64,000 bases of DNA, taken from positions 351,290 to 415,289 of the forward strand of contig NMRA01000325.1 in the NCBI GenBank assembly GCA_002633005.1, in the 5' to 3' direction. The notes under the pieces are model-generated. The model ran no database searches, had not been told where the DNA came from, and was given only the letters and a program-made list of their open reading frames with translations. Every line of letters starts with the position of its first letter. Positions within the stretch are counted from its first letter, which is position 1. Source of the stretch: Phoronis australis. Lineage: Eukaryota; Animalia; Phoronida. A program made the position numbers and the translations under genes. This document shows positions 22,753-35,157 of this stretch, piece by piece.

Positions 22753-25700
22753 CTGGAAAATAAATATAAATCAACTGTAAGCATGTAGTACTTGGTATAA
22801 TTTTAACTGGAGGAGACTTGTGGCTTTCATCTGGAGGTATTCAAAAAGAGTCCTTTGGAAGGAGTCTCAAGGTAAATACCAGCCAACCTATTCAAAGACA
22901 TGAAAGTAATTTATTTTTCATAAACTCTAGGCCTACGAAAAAGTTGTTACTTTTGTTTCATCTTAATGTTTTAATCAACCGGTATTTGTTCTAACTATGG
23001 GTGAATATTTTCTATGACTCAGATGCAATTCTGAATGTCAGATACTCAAAATTAGGGTTCCCAGTAGTATATCATCACTTGTCAGTCGATGTTGATGTTG
23101 CAGGTGTGGCCAAACCCAACATGAGTTCATTATTCACTTTAAACAGGTACAAGTTATGTGTTCATGTCAATTCACACCAGTTCTAAGATCTGCTTATTTC
23201 ATGTGAAAACAACTTTAAAAAAAGAAGGCAGCAATGCATTTTTTTGTATTCCCTTTAGAATTAGCTATAGAGCCACTGTCAAGAACAGCTTCCTAAAACA
23301 AAAGGATTGAATTCTAAAACAAATGATATTGCCTCATAAGGACAAAAATCAATTATTTATAACCAAGAGAGAAAAACTTGTTACAGTAACTTTCCACTTA
23401 TTTACCTTTAAGTAAATAATGAGATTATTTAATGGAAATTTTAGCAAATGTTGTCATATAACAACTACACACTACGATCCATGCTTGCAATAGACTAAAA
23501 CATTCTTATTTTTTACTTTTGAGGAGATATTTAACAAACTAGAATTCCCCTTGTCTGCCATGTTGTGTGCTAAACATGTCCTCTAACATGATTCAGCAGT
23601 AAATTTCTAAGTTGTAAAATGCTAACAATGTTGAGAAAGCTAAACACTTCAAACTACAAACAGCAGTGGAGAGACTGGCTCCTTGACTTTTGTTAAGTCA
23701 AGCACAAATGCTTCAGTTGTGGACATGCTTGACTATGCAGAACTAACATCCCAAGCAGGCTTTCTATGGAGACTGAATAGCTTACAAACATAAACACAAA
23801 ATGACCAGAGGCAGGGAAGAACGTAACCATTTGCTTCATCAATAGTTTTGCATTGTTCACATCCCTTTGAACTTTGCAGTGCACAGTGCACACTCAGGAT
23901 GAGTTCTACAAAAGCAATCCAAACACCTGTTATCTTTTCATATCTTTTCTTTGTCAAAGAACATGATCTCCAATGTGCTAATTTGATAAAATAGTCTAAT
24001 AAGCTAAATATTCAGTTCACGATTTTAATACTAAATTTCAATGCTGAATATTGAAGATGAAGCCTTCCATTTTCTAGTCTTTTACAACCTAATGTGGATT
24101 AGTCAAAACCTCAATGTAGGGCCAGCAGTTATCAAAACAATCCATCACTTTCCAGAAAATGTTAAACCATGGAATGGAAAATACCACAAAGCTTCTAAAG
24201 GGACTTGACATTGGCATGACCACGTTATTGAAAATAACTGAGAACCCTGATAGAGAATCCTGTTCAGTACATTTATGCATAACAGCAGAGTTTTACAGGA
24301 ACTGAATGAATATAATATAGGGAAATGTCATGCTAAGTGAGCAGGCGTCAGTGGTTTCAGACAACTGTTCAAAGATTATAGAAATTTAATAACAGGAATT
24401 AGTCATGACTTGAACACGAGTTTTACATCAAACCAACAACCCTAATGACACAACAGAGGTTCACAGGCTGGATGATGAAGGAGGTGTCAGTAGAGAGCAT
24501 ACTCTCTAAAACACAAATACAATTAACAACTGTCATTTTCTTTTTCAAAGGCCCATTTCTACCTAGTTGCAATCTAATTGGAAACTTTGTCAAACATTTT
24601 GCGACATTGTACAAACCAAGCCAATAATACACAAATATTTAACTAATATTCACAGCTCAAGCTTAGCACAGTATCAATTCACTAAATGTGACTTGACAAA
24701 ATTTACCAGGTAGGCTAATGGAACAGAGGCTACCCAAACCTCGCTGACAAGACTCAAAAATGAAATAAAAGATGTCTGGAGGGAAAAGCTGGCAAATTCA
24801 GCTAATGTCTGTTGGTCTTCTTATTATTATTCTCTTTGCTCACACACAAAATTACTAGTGTATTGTGTGCTGAGGTGAAATATCTCGTGCAGAGCCTTTC
24901 CGCTTTGGCATGGAGACACCGTATACAACTGGGATTTTCAACACAGCGTTCAGTTACGCTAGGACCTCGCTAAAATCTAGCCAAAATGACATGTTCTTAT
25001 TCAAAATACACGGCAATATGTTGGGTAATCTCACAGTCTTGCTTTTTAGCGTTACTGAACTCTACCTTGATGTTGTATCGCTAACCTGCAAGTCGCCAAA
25101 TCGAGCCCTGATATTCATTTTTAATTAGTTCAGAAATTTAACAAAACAAATTTCACTTGTCAGTTGTCTGCCAAATAAAGCATACTATAATCAGTACATA
25201 AATGAAATTTCAGAAAGCAGAGATGCACCCAAAATGTTTTCATTTACATAAAGCCCAAGACATGGCACCACTCTCACCATTGGGAGATAGTTCTCAGTCA
25301 GAGCTCGCGATGATAAGTCCTTTAAATTTTGTAGCATGGACTAAAACTGTGTGGTACCTAACAGATGAAACATGTCAAACATTTGTTGTAACAGGACTCA
25401 AGGGCAATGCCATCATCACCTTACTTGCCCCTCCTCAGCACACTCCATCAATCTATTACCAAGGGCTTTTAGTAGACATTCTGGAAAATGATTCTGTCAA
25501 GACTCTGACGATTGTTCATCTCATTGTTAAAAAAACACATACCATTCCTAACAAATTGACTAATCAGTGAGGGCAGGATGGACATAACTGAGCATACAGA
25601 ATGCATTCAGTGGAGTCAGTCTGAGATCTTAAAATATCACTGCTTGTACTTGCAACAACAGGAACACCCCACAACCTGCATTACCCACAAGAGAATCTCA

Positions 25701-28257
25701 GTCTGACAATTTGTTTAGATTGCTTTTAAATGATGATTGAAAACATACCCTGGCAGGCTGGCAACAACTGCAGAACATCCCAACACCAGCCTGCATATCT
25801 GAACATACAGGAAGGCGACACAGTTATTTGGTGACATAGCTTTATACCATTATTCTAACATGTTTAATGAGTGATGAATGCCATAGACATTATCACATAT
25901 TTGTGACAGCAGGAATAGCCATTTTCCCATTGGTCAGCTACATATACTTTGCCAGTAAGAGTCATTTACAGGCAGTGGTTCTCAAAATGTGTGGATCCCT
26001 ATAGGTGACAATTGCAATTCACTACTTGGTGGACAGCATTCAGGGTCACCTACATTTGTGATGTGGATTTAAAAGATTAAAATTCAGTGGAATTTCAATG
26101 TTTTTTTATCAATTCGTTGACATCACCTTGTCGTCAAGTTACCACAGCTGTGCAGTGGTATCATGACTCGTATAAAATCCACATTGCAACATTTCAGCGA
26201 ACGAAAAAAATGGGTTGCCTTTGTAAATTCAGCATATCTTGGTCACGAGATTTCAAACTGGGCCAAGCAAAAGTCATTGTCATGCTCTTAAAATGCAAGG
26301 TGTTCCCTATTACTCTGAACACGCCTTTCCACACAAGTGGCATATCTGAGGCATTCATTTCAGTGTAGAGTGGAATGGGCACAAAATCCCTCTTATAACT
26401 CTTATAATATGTAATATGGACTAATGAGGTTCAGCAAGCTTGTGACCCTTCTGGTAATGTACATGCCAAAAGTAATCAACACAAAATACCTTCTCCCCTC
26501 ATGACAGGAAATGAGATAGCATGAGGGGCCATTCTAGTTACTCTGATGACAGGGAATTCTGGGTCATTTTTGTCTGATCATTTTGGCAAACAAAAAATTT
26601 GATGATCACAACTTTACACTAACCGAGTGGAGCAAATGTCAAGGTGTTAACATCAGAAATACTAATTGCACATATTGAAGGACAAGTACATTGTCAAAAT
26701 ACACAAAGTTGTACAAAATGTTTGCTTATGATAGCAAATAAGTGTAATTTCATGATAACGGTGACGTTCACATCTTCTCATTTTTTCATTTTTTGAGAAA
26801 TGTGACAAAATAAAATTCCACAAGTTTGGAATGTTGTATGCTTAGTGAAGAGCATACATAGGGTACAAATGTCATATAAATCACCTATACGGTATTTGGC
26901 AGCCAAAATTGCTGGGATTTTTACTATCATTTAACCTAGTGACCGCAGCCACCTGTCGAATGTATGTACTTATCATACATTTAATTGCTTTTCTTAGGTT
27001 TTTACTGGCACATTAGCTTTACTCAGTTTGTCTAGACCATCAGATAGTTAGTTGCTCCTAAATATGAGAAGACCTATAAGAGACTTGGACACACAATAAT
27101 TACAAATTATAAAATACTTGTTTCCCTTACAAAGAAAAACATTGGCAAGATGGAGATATCCTGGAAAAGTTTCAGTTTGTACATAATGGAAACCCCATAT
27201 CTCTCCTTAGTTGGAAATTTAACGCAGTATTTCAATAATCACCAACCCAAACTTATTCTAAATGTGTCAACTACAGCTATAACTAGCATTACTGCGGCAA
27301 CAGCCCTAGCTGAGGCATAATATGGCATGGCACTACATAGGCCAAAAGGCTCTAACCTACACTGAGTCTAAAGAATAACACTTACACTTCAAGAACTAAC
27401 ACATTTCCAAACATCAGGTTATGGTAACCCTCCACATGAAATTTTATGTTAATTCACCCAACAATGATGATGATACCAATACATATGCACACTTCAAAGA
27501 CTCCTTACATGAAACCCAGATAAAGGGTAGGGTATACTACAACAGTCCAAGAGAGAAAGATAAACAGGTGTTATACAACACAAACAGAAGACATAGGCTG
27601 CCAGTGTGTACTCAGTGTGTACTCAGTGAAGCCAGGTAAATAGACCAGCAAAGACTGTATCCATAAAATCAGGTAGGAGGGTACAGGTGGGATATCCTTA
27701 ATGGACTCATGGAGCTGTAAAGATGTCAGAAAGATAAAATAGAGAGGTTGATAAATCAAGACTAGACAATTCATGATACCTGGCACACATGTTCCTCCTA
27801 CTATGGTAGAGACACCTCAATGACAATGGCCTAAGTCTGTTATATAATTATAGTAGAAATCATAGAAGTACAAACCATTATGACTGTCTCAAAAACAAAA
27901 AAATCCCCCTAACTCTACAGTCTAAAAATATTATTTTCTTGTAAAATCAACAGTTAACCAAAAAAAAAAAACCCAGTAACTTAAGGACAGCTTCAGGACA
28001 CTAATCAGATTCACATTACTTTTAAAGCCTTTTCTTCTTGAAAGCATAACTCCATCATTCAGATACTACTAATTTACAATTCAAATTACCATTCCAATTC
28101 ACGAAAATAAATCAGCAAGTGCTGAAAATTCGAAAATGCTAAGTGAATAACTTCAGCACAACAAGCAACAAATCGCGTGATACATCACCTCATTCAACAT
28201 TATCTGAAAGGTAGAGGACTAAAATGAATGAAGAGTACTACAAAGACAATTTGTCAC

Positions 28258-28466
28258 CTCAGTAAATCGGCGAGTGGGTCGGCATTATGGTTGTGATCGT
28301 GGGCATGCTTCAGCTCCTCCTGGTGATGGAGTCGGCGCTGCAGTAGCGGACTCGGTGTGTTGCTATTGACAGGTGCAAGGTGGAACCCGCCATTTGACGA
28401 TTGCTGCGGGGGATGCTGAGGTTGACGATTTCGCATGTGGTAGGGCACGGGATGTGCATACGCCAT
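28258..28466 (-). CDS. LIMS1: Candidate PINCH alternative first coding exon (69-aa His/Gln/Pro-rich N-terminal extension)
   Basis: GC-rich island in an AT-rich intron; GAGATGG start context; MAYAHPVPYHMRNRQPQHPPQQ...HHQEELKHAHDHNHNADPLADLL. Ends AG|gtgaca in phase 2, in frame with exons A and B. Confidence 0.7.
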
Positions 28467-29222
28467 CTCGACAACTTTTGAAATAGCNACACAAACAGTT
28501 AAGATGCACAAGCCAAGTGCCCTGCCCTCAAAATTGACTTAAGTAAAATAGTAAACAGACAACTAAAGTAGACATGAAAGTGCGGATCAAGTCCTCAACG
28601 AATGTCCAGCCAGGAAGGTCTTCCAGAAATCAACCACCAGCAGGAATGATGGCTCCAACAGTCCAACGAGGAATGTCAAGCATTAAGTCAACATCTCAAT
28701 GTATCAAAGGTCAAAGACAAATGTCATCACAGAGGTCAGGTTTCTCCAGCAGATGTAATTTTCTCCACAGATGTGCGATCACAGGACTTCAGTGATATAA
28801 CTCCCTCAACTAGGTCATGTTACAGTGCACATTCCAGGCTATTGTTGGCTTGAGTACCATAACCACAAAGCAAACTTCTCAATTAGCTTGGTTATCTGAG
28901 AAGGGTGATCATATCAGCAACAACTAGTGACACCTCGTGGATGAACAGGTGTGTCCACAGATTGCGAAGACATCTATTGTTCAGAATCAACAATTTATTT
29001 TTCATTGGAGCAAGATATTTCCATTTACAGAAGTTCATGTAAAAATGACATCAGATATGCACTGCTGTTTCTTCAAGCCCAGAAACATCAGCTATTAAAA
29101 ATACTCCCAAATATTGTTCTTATGTATTTTCAAAGATATGTCTCATAAAATATATTACCCACTGTCAACCTGTAATCACTATCTGCGACGCACTATTCAC
29201 TCCGGAGATTGAAATATCAATA

Positions 29223-29620
29223 GGGCCGTCCCGGACTACACAGCAAGACTCAATCTTTCTGTATTTACCCACCATGCCGTTAACATCCGTCAAGCATATT
29301 TGCTGCCTCGTTTTCATGCCACTGGTGTTTCACATGTTATTTGCTGTTGTCCGATTCTTTACAAGTTTTTCTCGGTTGCATTACTCTATATGCCTTTCCA
29401 GTCCCAACCAAATATTACTGGTGTACTGTGGGCTGCAACACCGACGTGAGAAAGTTTGACAAACTGGACAAATACCCATGGATACTTAATGTGAAATTTG
29501 TCACCTTCCCGACATCTATGAGACACATTAAACTATGCATGATTTCCATGAGGAGGTCACGAGCTTTCTTATCTCCAGGACAAAAGAAGAGTTCTGTTGC
29601 TGTGTAATCCTGGACAGCCC
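29223..29620 (+). mobile_element. ~400-bp MITE carrying a THAP-like coding remnant (copy 1)
   Basis: TIRs GGGCCGTCCCGGACTACACAGCAA / TTGCTGTGTAATCCTGGACAGCCC. Flanks can be parsed as a TA or an AT duplication. An inverted second copy lies at 62208-62590. Confidence 0.75.
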
Positions 29621-30612
29621 TATGAGGCTAGGGCGCACAATTTAATCTTCAAACTCAGACTCAATTCAGATCCAAAAGTTAACCAATCATGTCGCACGAT
29701 TCAAGTCCAAATTTTGATATTTCCTGAAGCTTGCCATGCAATGGGCAATTTTCGAGATGAGTTTCAAATACAAAGATTAGACCAGTGACCCAGGAATACT
29801 AAACAACGAAGAACTAATTTAAAATCTTCAATGATTTAATCAAAGGTAAAGTGTGTTTAAGTTTTCTCAAACCTTATTTAATGGCCTCCATTTTAACTAT
29901 ATCAAAAAACTAGGCTTTGTCAACTAGTAAAAGTATATATTTTCTGAAAGAAAAATGATCAGGAAACATAAAAATATGTTTTATATTTATGTGTCATTAT
30001 TATTAAGTTAACAGCTTTTTAAAATCAAAATTACATGGTTAAGAAAGGTACATTCATAGCGAAAAAACCCTCAGTCGATTTTAATGAAATCTTTTTTAAT
30101 TGAAAACTTCACCAGTCAGCTAAAAAACGCGGTTAGGAATTTTCGATTAGCCTTTTGTTTGATTTCTATGACATGTCAACTTGCAAAACATACTGTAAGG
30201 TATTTTTGTAAGAAAAGAAGTCGTATTCAGCGTTTTGTGAGATTGATGAAAAAATATTAAGTTTGGAAAGTTTCAGCGAAATCCTCCAAGCCGTTTTCAA
30301 GAACTGGTGTTCCTAAGTTCAAATTAAATCAATTTGCAGAAGCCGAGCAAAAGCCGATTATGTAGTGAGACATGAAAATCTCAAGGACTTTAGATAATTA
30401 TTCATTGAAAACTTGTTTTTAGTCAATATAACCGACATATACCTTAACATGTTTTTGATCAACATAACCTACACATACCTTAACCATGTTCATTATGTCA
30501 ACATTTACATACAATGCCATCTGAATTTGATGTGTATAATTAACTTACTTATATTAGACTCTGGCTACAGCATGTTTTAAATATCTATTGTATTTACCCT
30601 CTATAAATAAAG

Positions 30613-30613
<1 letters not shown>

Positions 30614-30655
<42 letters not shown>
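30614..30655 (+). repeat. (TTA)n microsatellite preceded by AATAAA, probably a retroelement 3' tail
   Basis: About 14 TTA units after AAATAAA; same architecture as the LINE tail at 50509-50563. Confidence 0.8.
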
Positions 30656-30657
<2 letters not shown>

Positions 30658-31751
30658 TTAAACCAAGTCAATCTCTAATGCTAAGACTCTAACTAGGACA
30701 ATGGCGGAGCCAGCTTAACCCACTTAAAGTGCGTCAAGCTGGTGGATTGTGGTCCACTTTAAAGCAGGCCAACAGTTGATTGTTAGACACACCATGTTCT
30801 GGCTAAGTAATATTCGAACCAAATGCGAAATGAATACAGAAATCGGGTCGGTGATTAAAACACGTCGTGACCATGAGATCAAAATAGCGAAATGTCAAAT
30901 TACCCGAATTAAGGAATTTGGGTGACCACTTATTTCTTTCCACAACTTTTGTTCGTGAACTTGAAGTCACAGAGGCATGAGGAGACTCGCAACATTCGTT
31001 CCCTCGTATGAATGCAGACACAAAACTTTGGGAATGAAATGTGAAAGGACTTAAATTAATGTTAATAAAAACGGCAAAAGGTATGACATACGATATAACA
31101 ATGGATTTTCCACCTAAGTAAGAATCACACACCATGTCTCCTCTATAGTAATTGCATGTTACTTATGTTGCTCGATTTATTAATTGCTGCTATTGATCGG
31201 TGAGCATTAAAAATGCCATTTGAAGAGCTCTTTCGATATTTAATTATTTATAGATAGACCTGCTTCCATCTTGCACATTTCTCTTAACTGATGGCTACAT
31301 TCAGCTTCAAAATATTTTCCTTAATGACATTAAGATAACAACAATTCTAAACCACCCCAAATCAACACTACCAGTCACGGTTGTCAAGAAATTTATTATC
31401 ATGGTGGCCAACCTATGACAAAACTGCCGTTAAATGTAACTGAGACAAAAACTGTATTCCGCTGATTTTGTTTGGCGACAGGTAAAAATCTCAAGTCGCC
31501 ACATACCAGCACGCATTTGAAATACAGGAAGCTAACAGACTGGAGTCGGAATTGCAGGGCAAAAAATGGAACTGCCAATTTGTGAATCATTTGCAAACAT
31601 GTTCTGACCATTCATTTTCCCTTAGGTAGGCAAGCTTCCGCGTGATATTGGGCCCAAGGGGATAATTGGCTCTTACCGGGCAAACATTATTCCCAATTTT
31701 TCGTTTGAACAAAAAGGCTGTACAGGCATTTCGGGCGTTTCCGTGGACATA

Positions 31752-31915
31752 CCGTAAACTCGCGGGTTAACGCCCATGCCCGTATAACCACCCATCCCCG
31801 ACTTTTGGTCAATTTTCGATTTAAGCGCCCACTGCTTGAGTAATCGCCCATCCCCTACTTTGTGCTAATTTCCACGTAAGCGCCCACCTCTCGGGTAATC
31901 GCGTATCCCCCACAT
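31752..31915 (+). mobile_element. Truncated left arm of the pogo-like family at 42097-44456
   Basis: TA|CCGTAAAC...GGGTTAACGCCCATGC with repeated TAAGCGCCCAC/TAACCACCCA subterminal motifs, colinear with 42097-42260. No right end found. Confidence 0.7.
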
Positions 31916-34900
31916 ACCGCTTACAGAACTTGCGCTTGAACTCGTGCCTTTGTTCACAACTTCGCCTCTGGCTCAGACTTCCAGGTTTGCGGAAACACGG
32001 CATGCTTACAGCTGTGTACAATAGTCTCGAAAAGTACATTTTTCAGCTGGCGTTTGTGGAATAACTCAAGCCATGCAAACACCTTTTTTAAACTTATCAA
32101 CTGATCTTTTGTTAAATTAATACAGGCCTACTCCATAGATATTTATAGAAGTGACGCTAGTCTACTACGAGATTAGGCGTACGACGTCCTGGTCGTCACC
32201 GACATAGGTTGTCTAGGTGACAAGTTTTCGAATTACCTAGTCTAAATTTTTTCCTATCAGACACCATTTCTGATGCTTTTTCGAGTTCAGTAGATCACAT
32301 TTTTGAGTGTTTGGTGAGAACAGGTAAAACTTCGAAACATCGCATTGTATTTTCAGACGGAGCACTTGATTTTGCTAGATTTTTGACTCATATTTGAATT
32401 GACCAAATTAATCTAACGCCCTCTCGTTGTAATTGCACGCATAGACCACGTGGTTTTGATAGATTTATTTCCTGGGTCAACTCAGATTTGAATTTAACAA
32501 TTATTCACCATATATGATGGTTGCGTGCAGTAAATGTTTACTACATTTTTGAGTGAAAAGATGCTTTAAAGTTGGTCAACAAACTACATCAGGTTATGTT
32601 TTCAGCAAATACGCATTCAAAATTTCAAGCAAAACCTACTTTAATGTTAGATTTTGACAACGTTAACTTGGGAAAGAGAAATCTTGAAGACAGATATAAA
32701 AACCACAATCCCCTATTTAAAAGTGGTTCAAACACTTTTCAGGAAATGTATTATTAAGTCTTTATAGGAGTGATACAATACAAAGGCATCATTCAATGGC
32801 CACCTATTTCTCATATTACTAACACAGGCACTACAAGGTACAGGACAGTTCAAGCAAATGAGAGTATAACAGCCACTCTTCATCTCGCCTCTGTGCTCCA
32901 GACAGACATTTCAGATCTACAAACATCAACAGATGGAAAACAAGCATTACCTGGGAATATTTCGCATAGCAACGTAGAGAAGCTATGTATGCCTCGAATT
33001 CACCTCTGAAACACCAAGAATGACAAAGCCTTTTGCTCCGGCACATCAATTCCTGAATCAGTTCAAGTACTACCAAAATGGCTGACACAGCTTGTCAGGT
33101 CAGGAAGTCATCACCAACAGAGAGAAGCTGGTGGGATTGGGTTACAGCTAGCCCAAAATAGGGCAGAGAATCTGGGATAATTGACCAACAGAGACACAAC
33201 AGCTGCCAAGGGCACAGTAGTTCTGTGGTCCTAATGTTGAACTAATGGTTTAACGGGCTCAGATATACCCAAAACCAGAAAGTGGCAATTAAAACCATTA
33301 ATGAAACTCAAGTAGTTCTTAATAGCAGTCTATATAGCAAAAATGTCACTAAGTACACAACAAACTTGACAAATCATATTGACTTTTTAAGCAAAACAAA
33401 ATAGACAAGGAAGATAGGGGCTGTGAGAATAGTATTGGGAGCTGGTGATAGCAGACATTTGAGTATAATGAACTGAATAGAACTTACCACCAATCACAGC
33501 ACTGAATGGTGAGTCATCTTTGACCAGGACTCAATGCAAAGGTGTTTTATCTGACAAGATTCACAATAATGTTACTTAAACACAAAGATGGCCCACCACG
33601 AAAATTGGGCAAAGTTTTTGTGCAAGGTTTTTGTGCATTGGCAAAACCGGATTTTTAAAATACCCATTAATGTTGTAATATTTACACAAACAGAATAGAT
33701 AACTGGTATGCTATGCATTTATGCGCTACAATAAACCAGCATGTGCCATAATGCACCAGTAACACAAAATAGCAAAGAAAATCTGAAAAACCATAATGAT
33801 ATGTGTAAAGTTCATGGATGGTTGATTAGAGTATGGTAACATATCCGCAAGGCCTTGAGGGTGAGAGAGAATCCCTGTAGTCAAGAGGATAGTAATCAGT
33901 CATAAATGATTAGCGAATTTCCAAAATTTCATAAAAACTATTGCCGAATAGGTGCTTTCTGTCTCGCGACACACAGAAGACTTATTTCTGAAAGTGAATT
34001 GCAATGTAGTTGATCCATACATTGTGCCTGGCTTCAGTAAAGAATACACAATCTTACGTAACGTTACTTAATACATAAGTATCTTAAGATTTTCTCTAAT
34101 TAACTTGGTGAGTTGATCAAGATGATAAAGACATACATACATGTGCATCTCTGTGTAATGACCTGAAGAATTTATCCAGTCACCAACTTCCACACAGAAT
34201 AGAAGCAGTTTATCTTTCACAGAACAGCTGTTGTGTTCAGGTAAGCAACAGAAAAGTGGTGCAGAGACCACAGCGGGAATGCCACCAAGTGAAAAACAGT
34301 ACCATACAAAGCCCAAAGCCAGACACAAGTAAACACACGTCTCCCATTTAATTGGCCATTCTTAATTTTTCTAATGTGTTTGACACATGCTGCCTGTTGT
34401 CAGTGGCAAGAAAAAATTATGAATGTGAGAGTGCAGAGGTATTAAGAAATGTCAATGCAACAAGCTCTGTTGCAGTATGAATGATGAAGGGAAATACCTG
34501 AATAACTTAGTCATTACCACAACCAGGTACTTACGGTAATACACACATCCCTCAACACATAGAGGAAACTTATGGTAGGTCAGTACACAAGGTGAATTGT
34601 GATAGATAAATCAAGACTAGGTTTGAGTAAATGGCAAGCTGATTTTATCACTAGTCAATTTCATGACAAATTCACAAAAAAACTTGGCTGTGAATATGGG
34701 TTGAGTGCTTTTGGTGGATAAAATCTAGAAAAAAAATATACAATACAAGTGGTCAATGGACAACTACCAACCGTACTTAGGAAAGAAAAAAAAAATACTG
34801 TAGTCAAACAAGAGATGGCTTTTTTGAAACTGGTGTTGAGAGGGAGAAAAAATTTTAACCACTAAAAGTGAATATATTTGATGTTAGTGGTTAGCAACAT

Positions 34901-35098
34901 TTTAATTTGATCTCACAAGTAAAATAGGGAGTGTGGAAAACATTAAATGTGTAAAAAAGCTACAGTTGTCTAACAAGAGATGGACGCTTTTACAGGAGAG
35001 ACAGTTGTCACCGTAGTGTTGTCACAGCACGACTTGCTCCACTTTAGTCGCATTTACATGACATAAGATCGGAAACTGGATCAGCATGAGTCACTTAC

Positions 35099-35157
35099 TG
35101 TACACGAAGACTGACTGCGGATGTTCGCATAAACAATAGCGAATGTCCAAACAACAT
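35099..35157 (-). CDS. Candidate PINCH alternative first coding exon (19 aa)
   Basis: MLFGHSLLFMRTSAVSLRV + CA|gtaagt; consensus donor in phase 2. No homology support. Confidence 0.35.
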
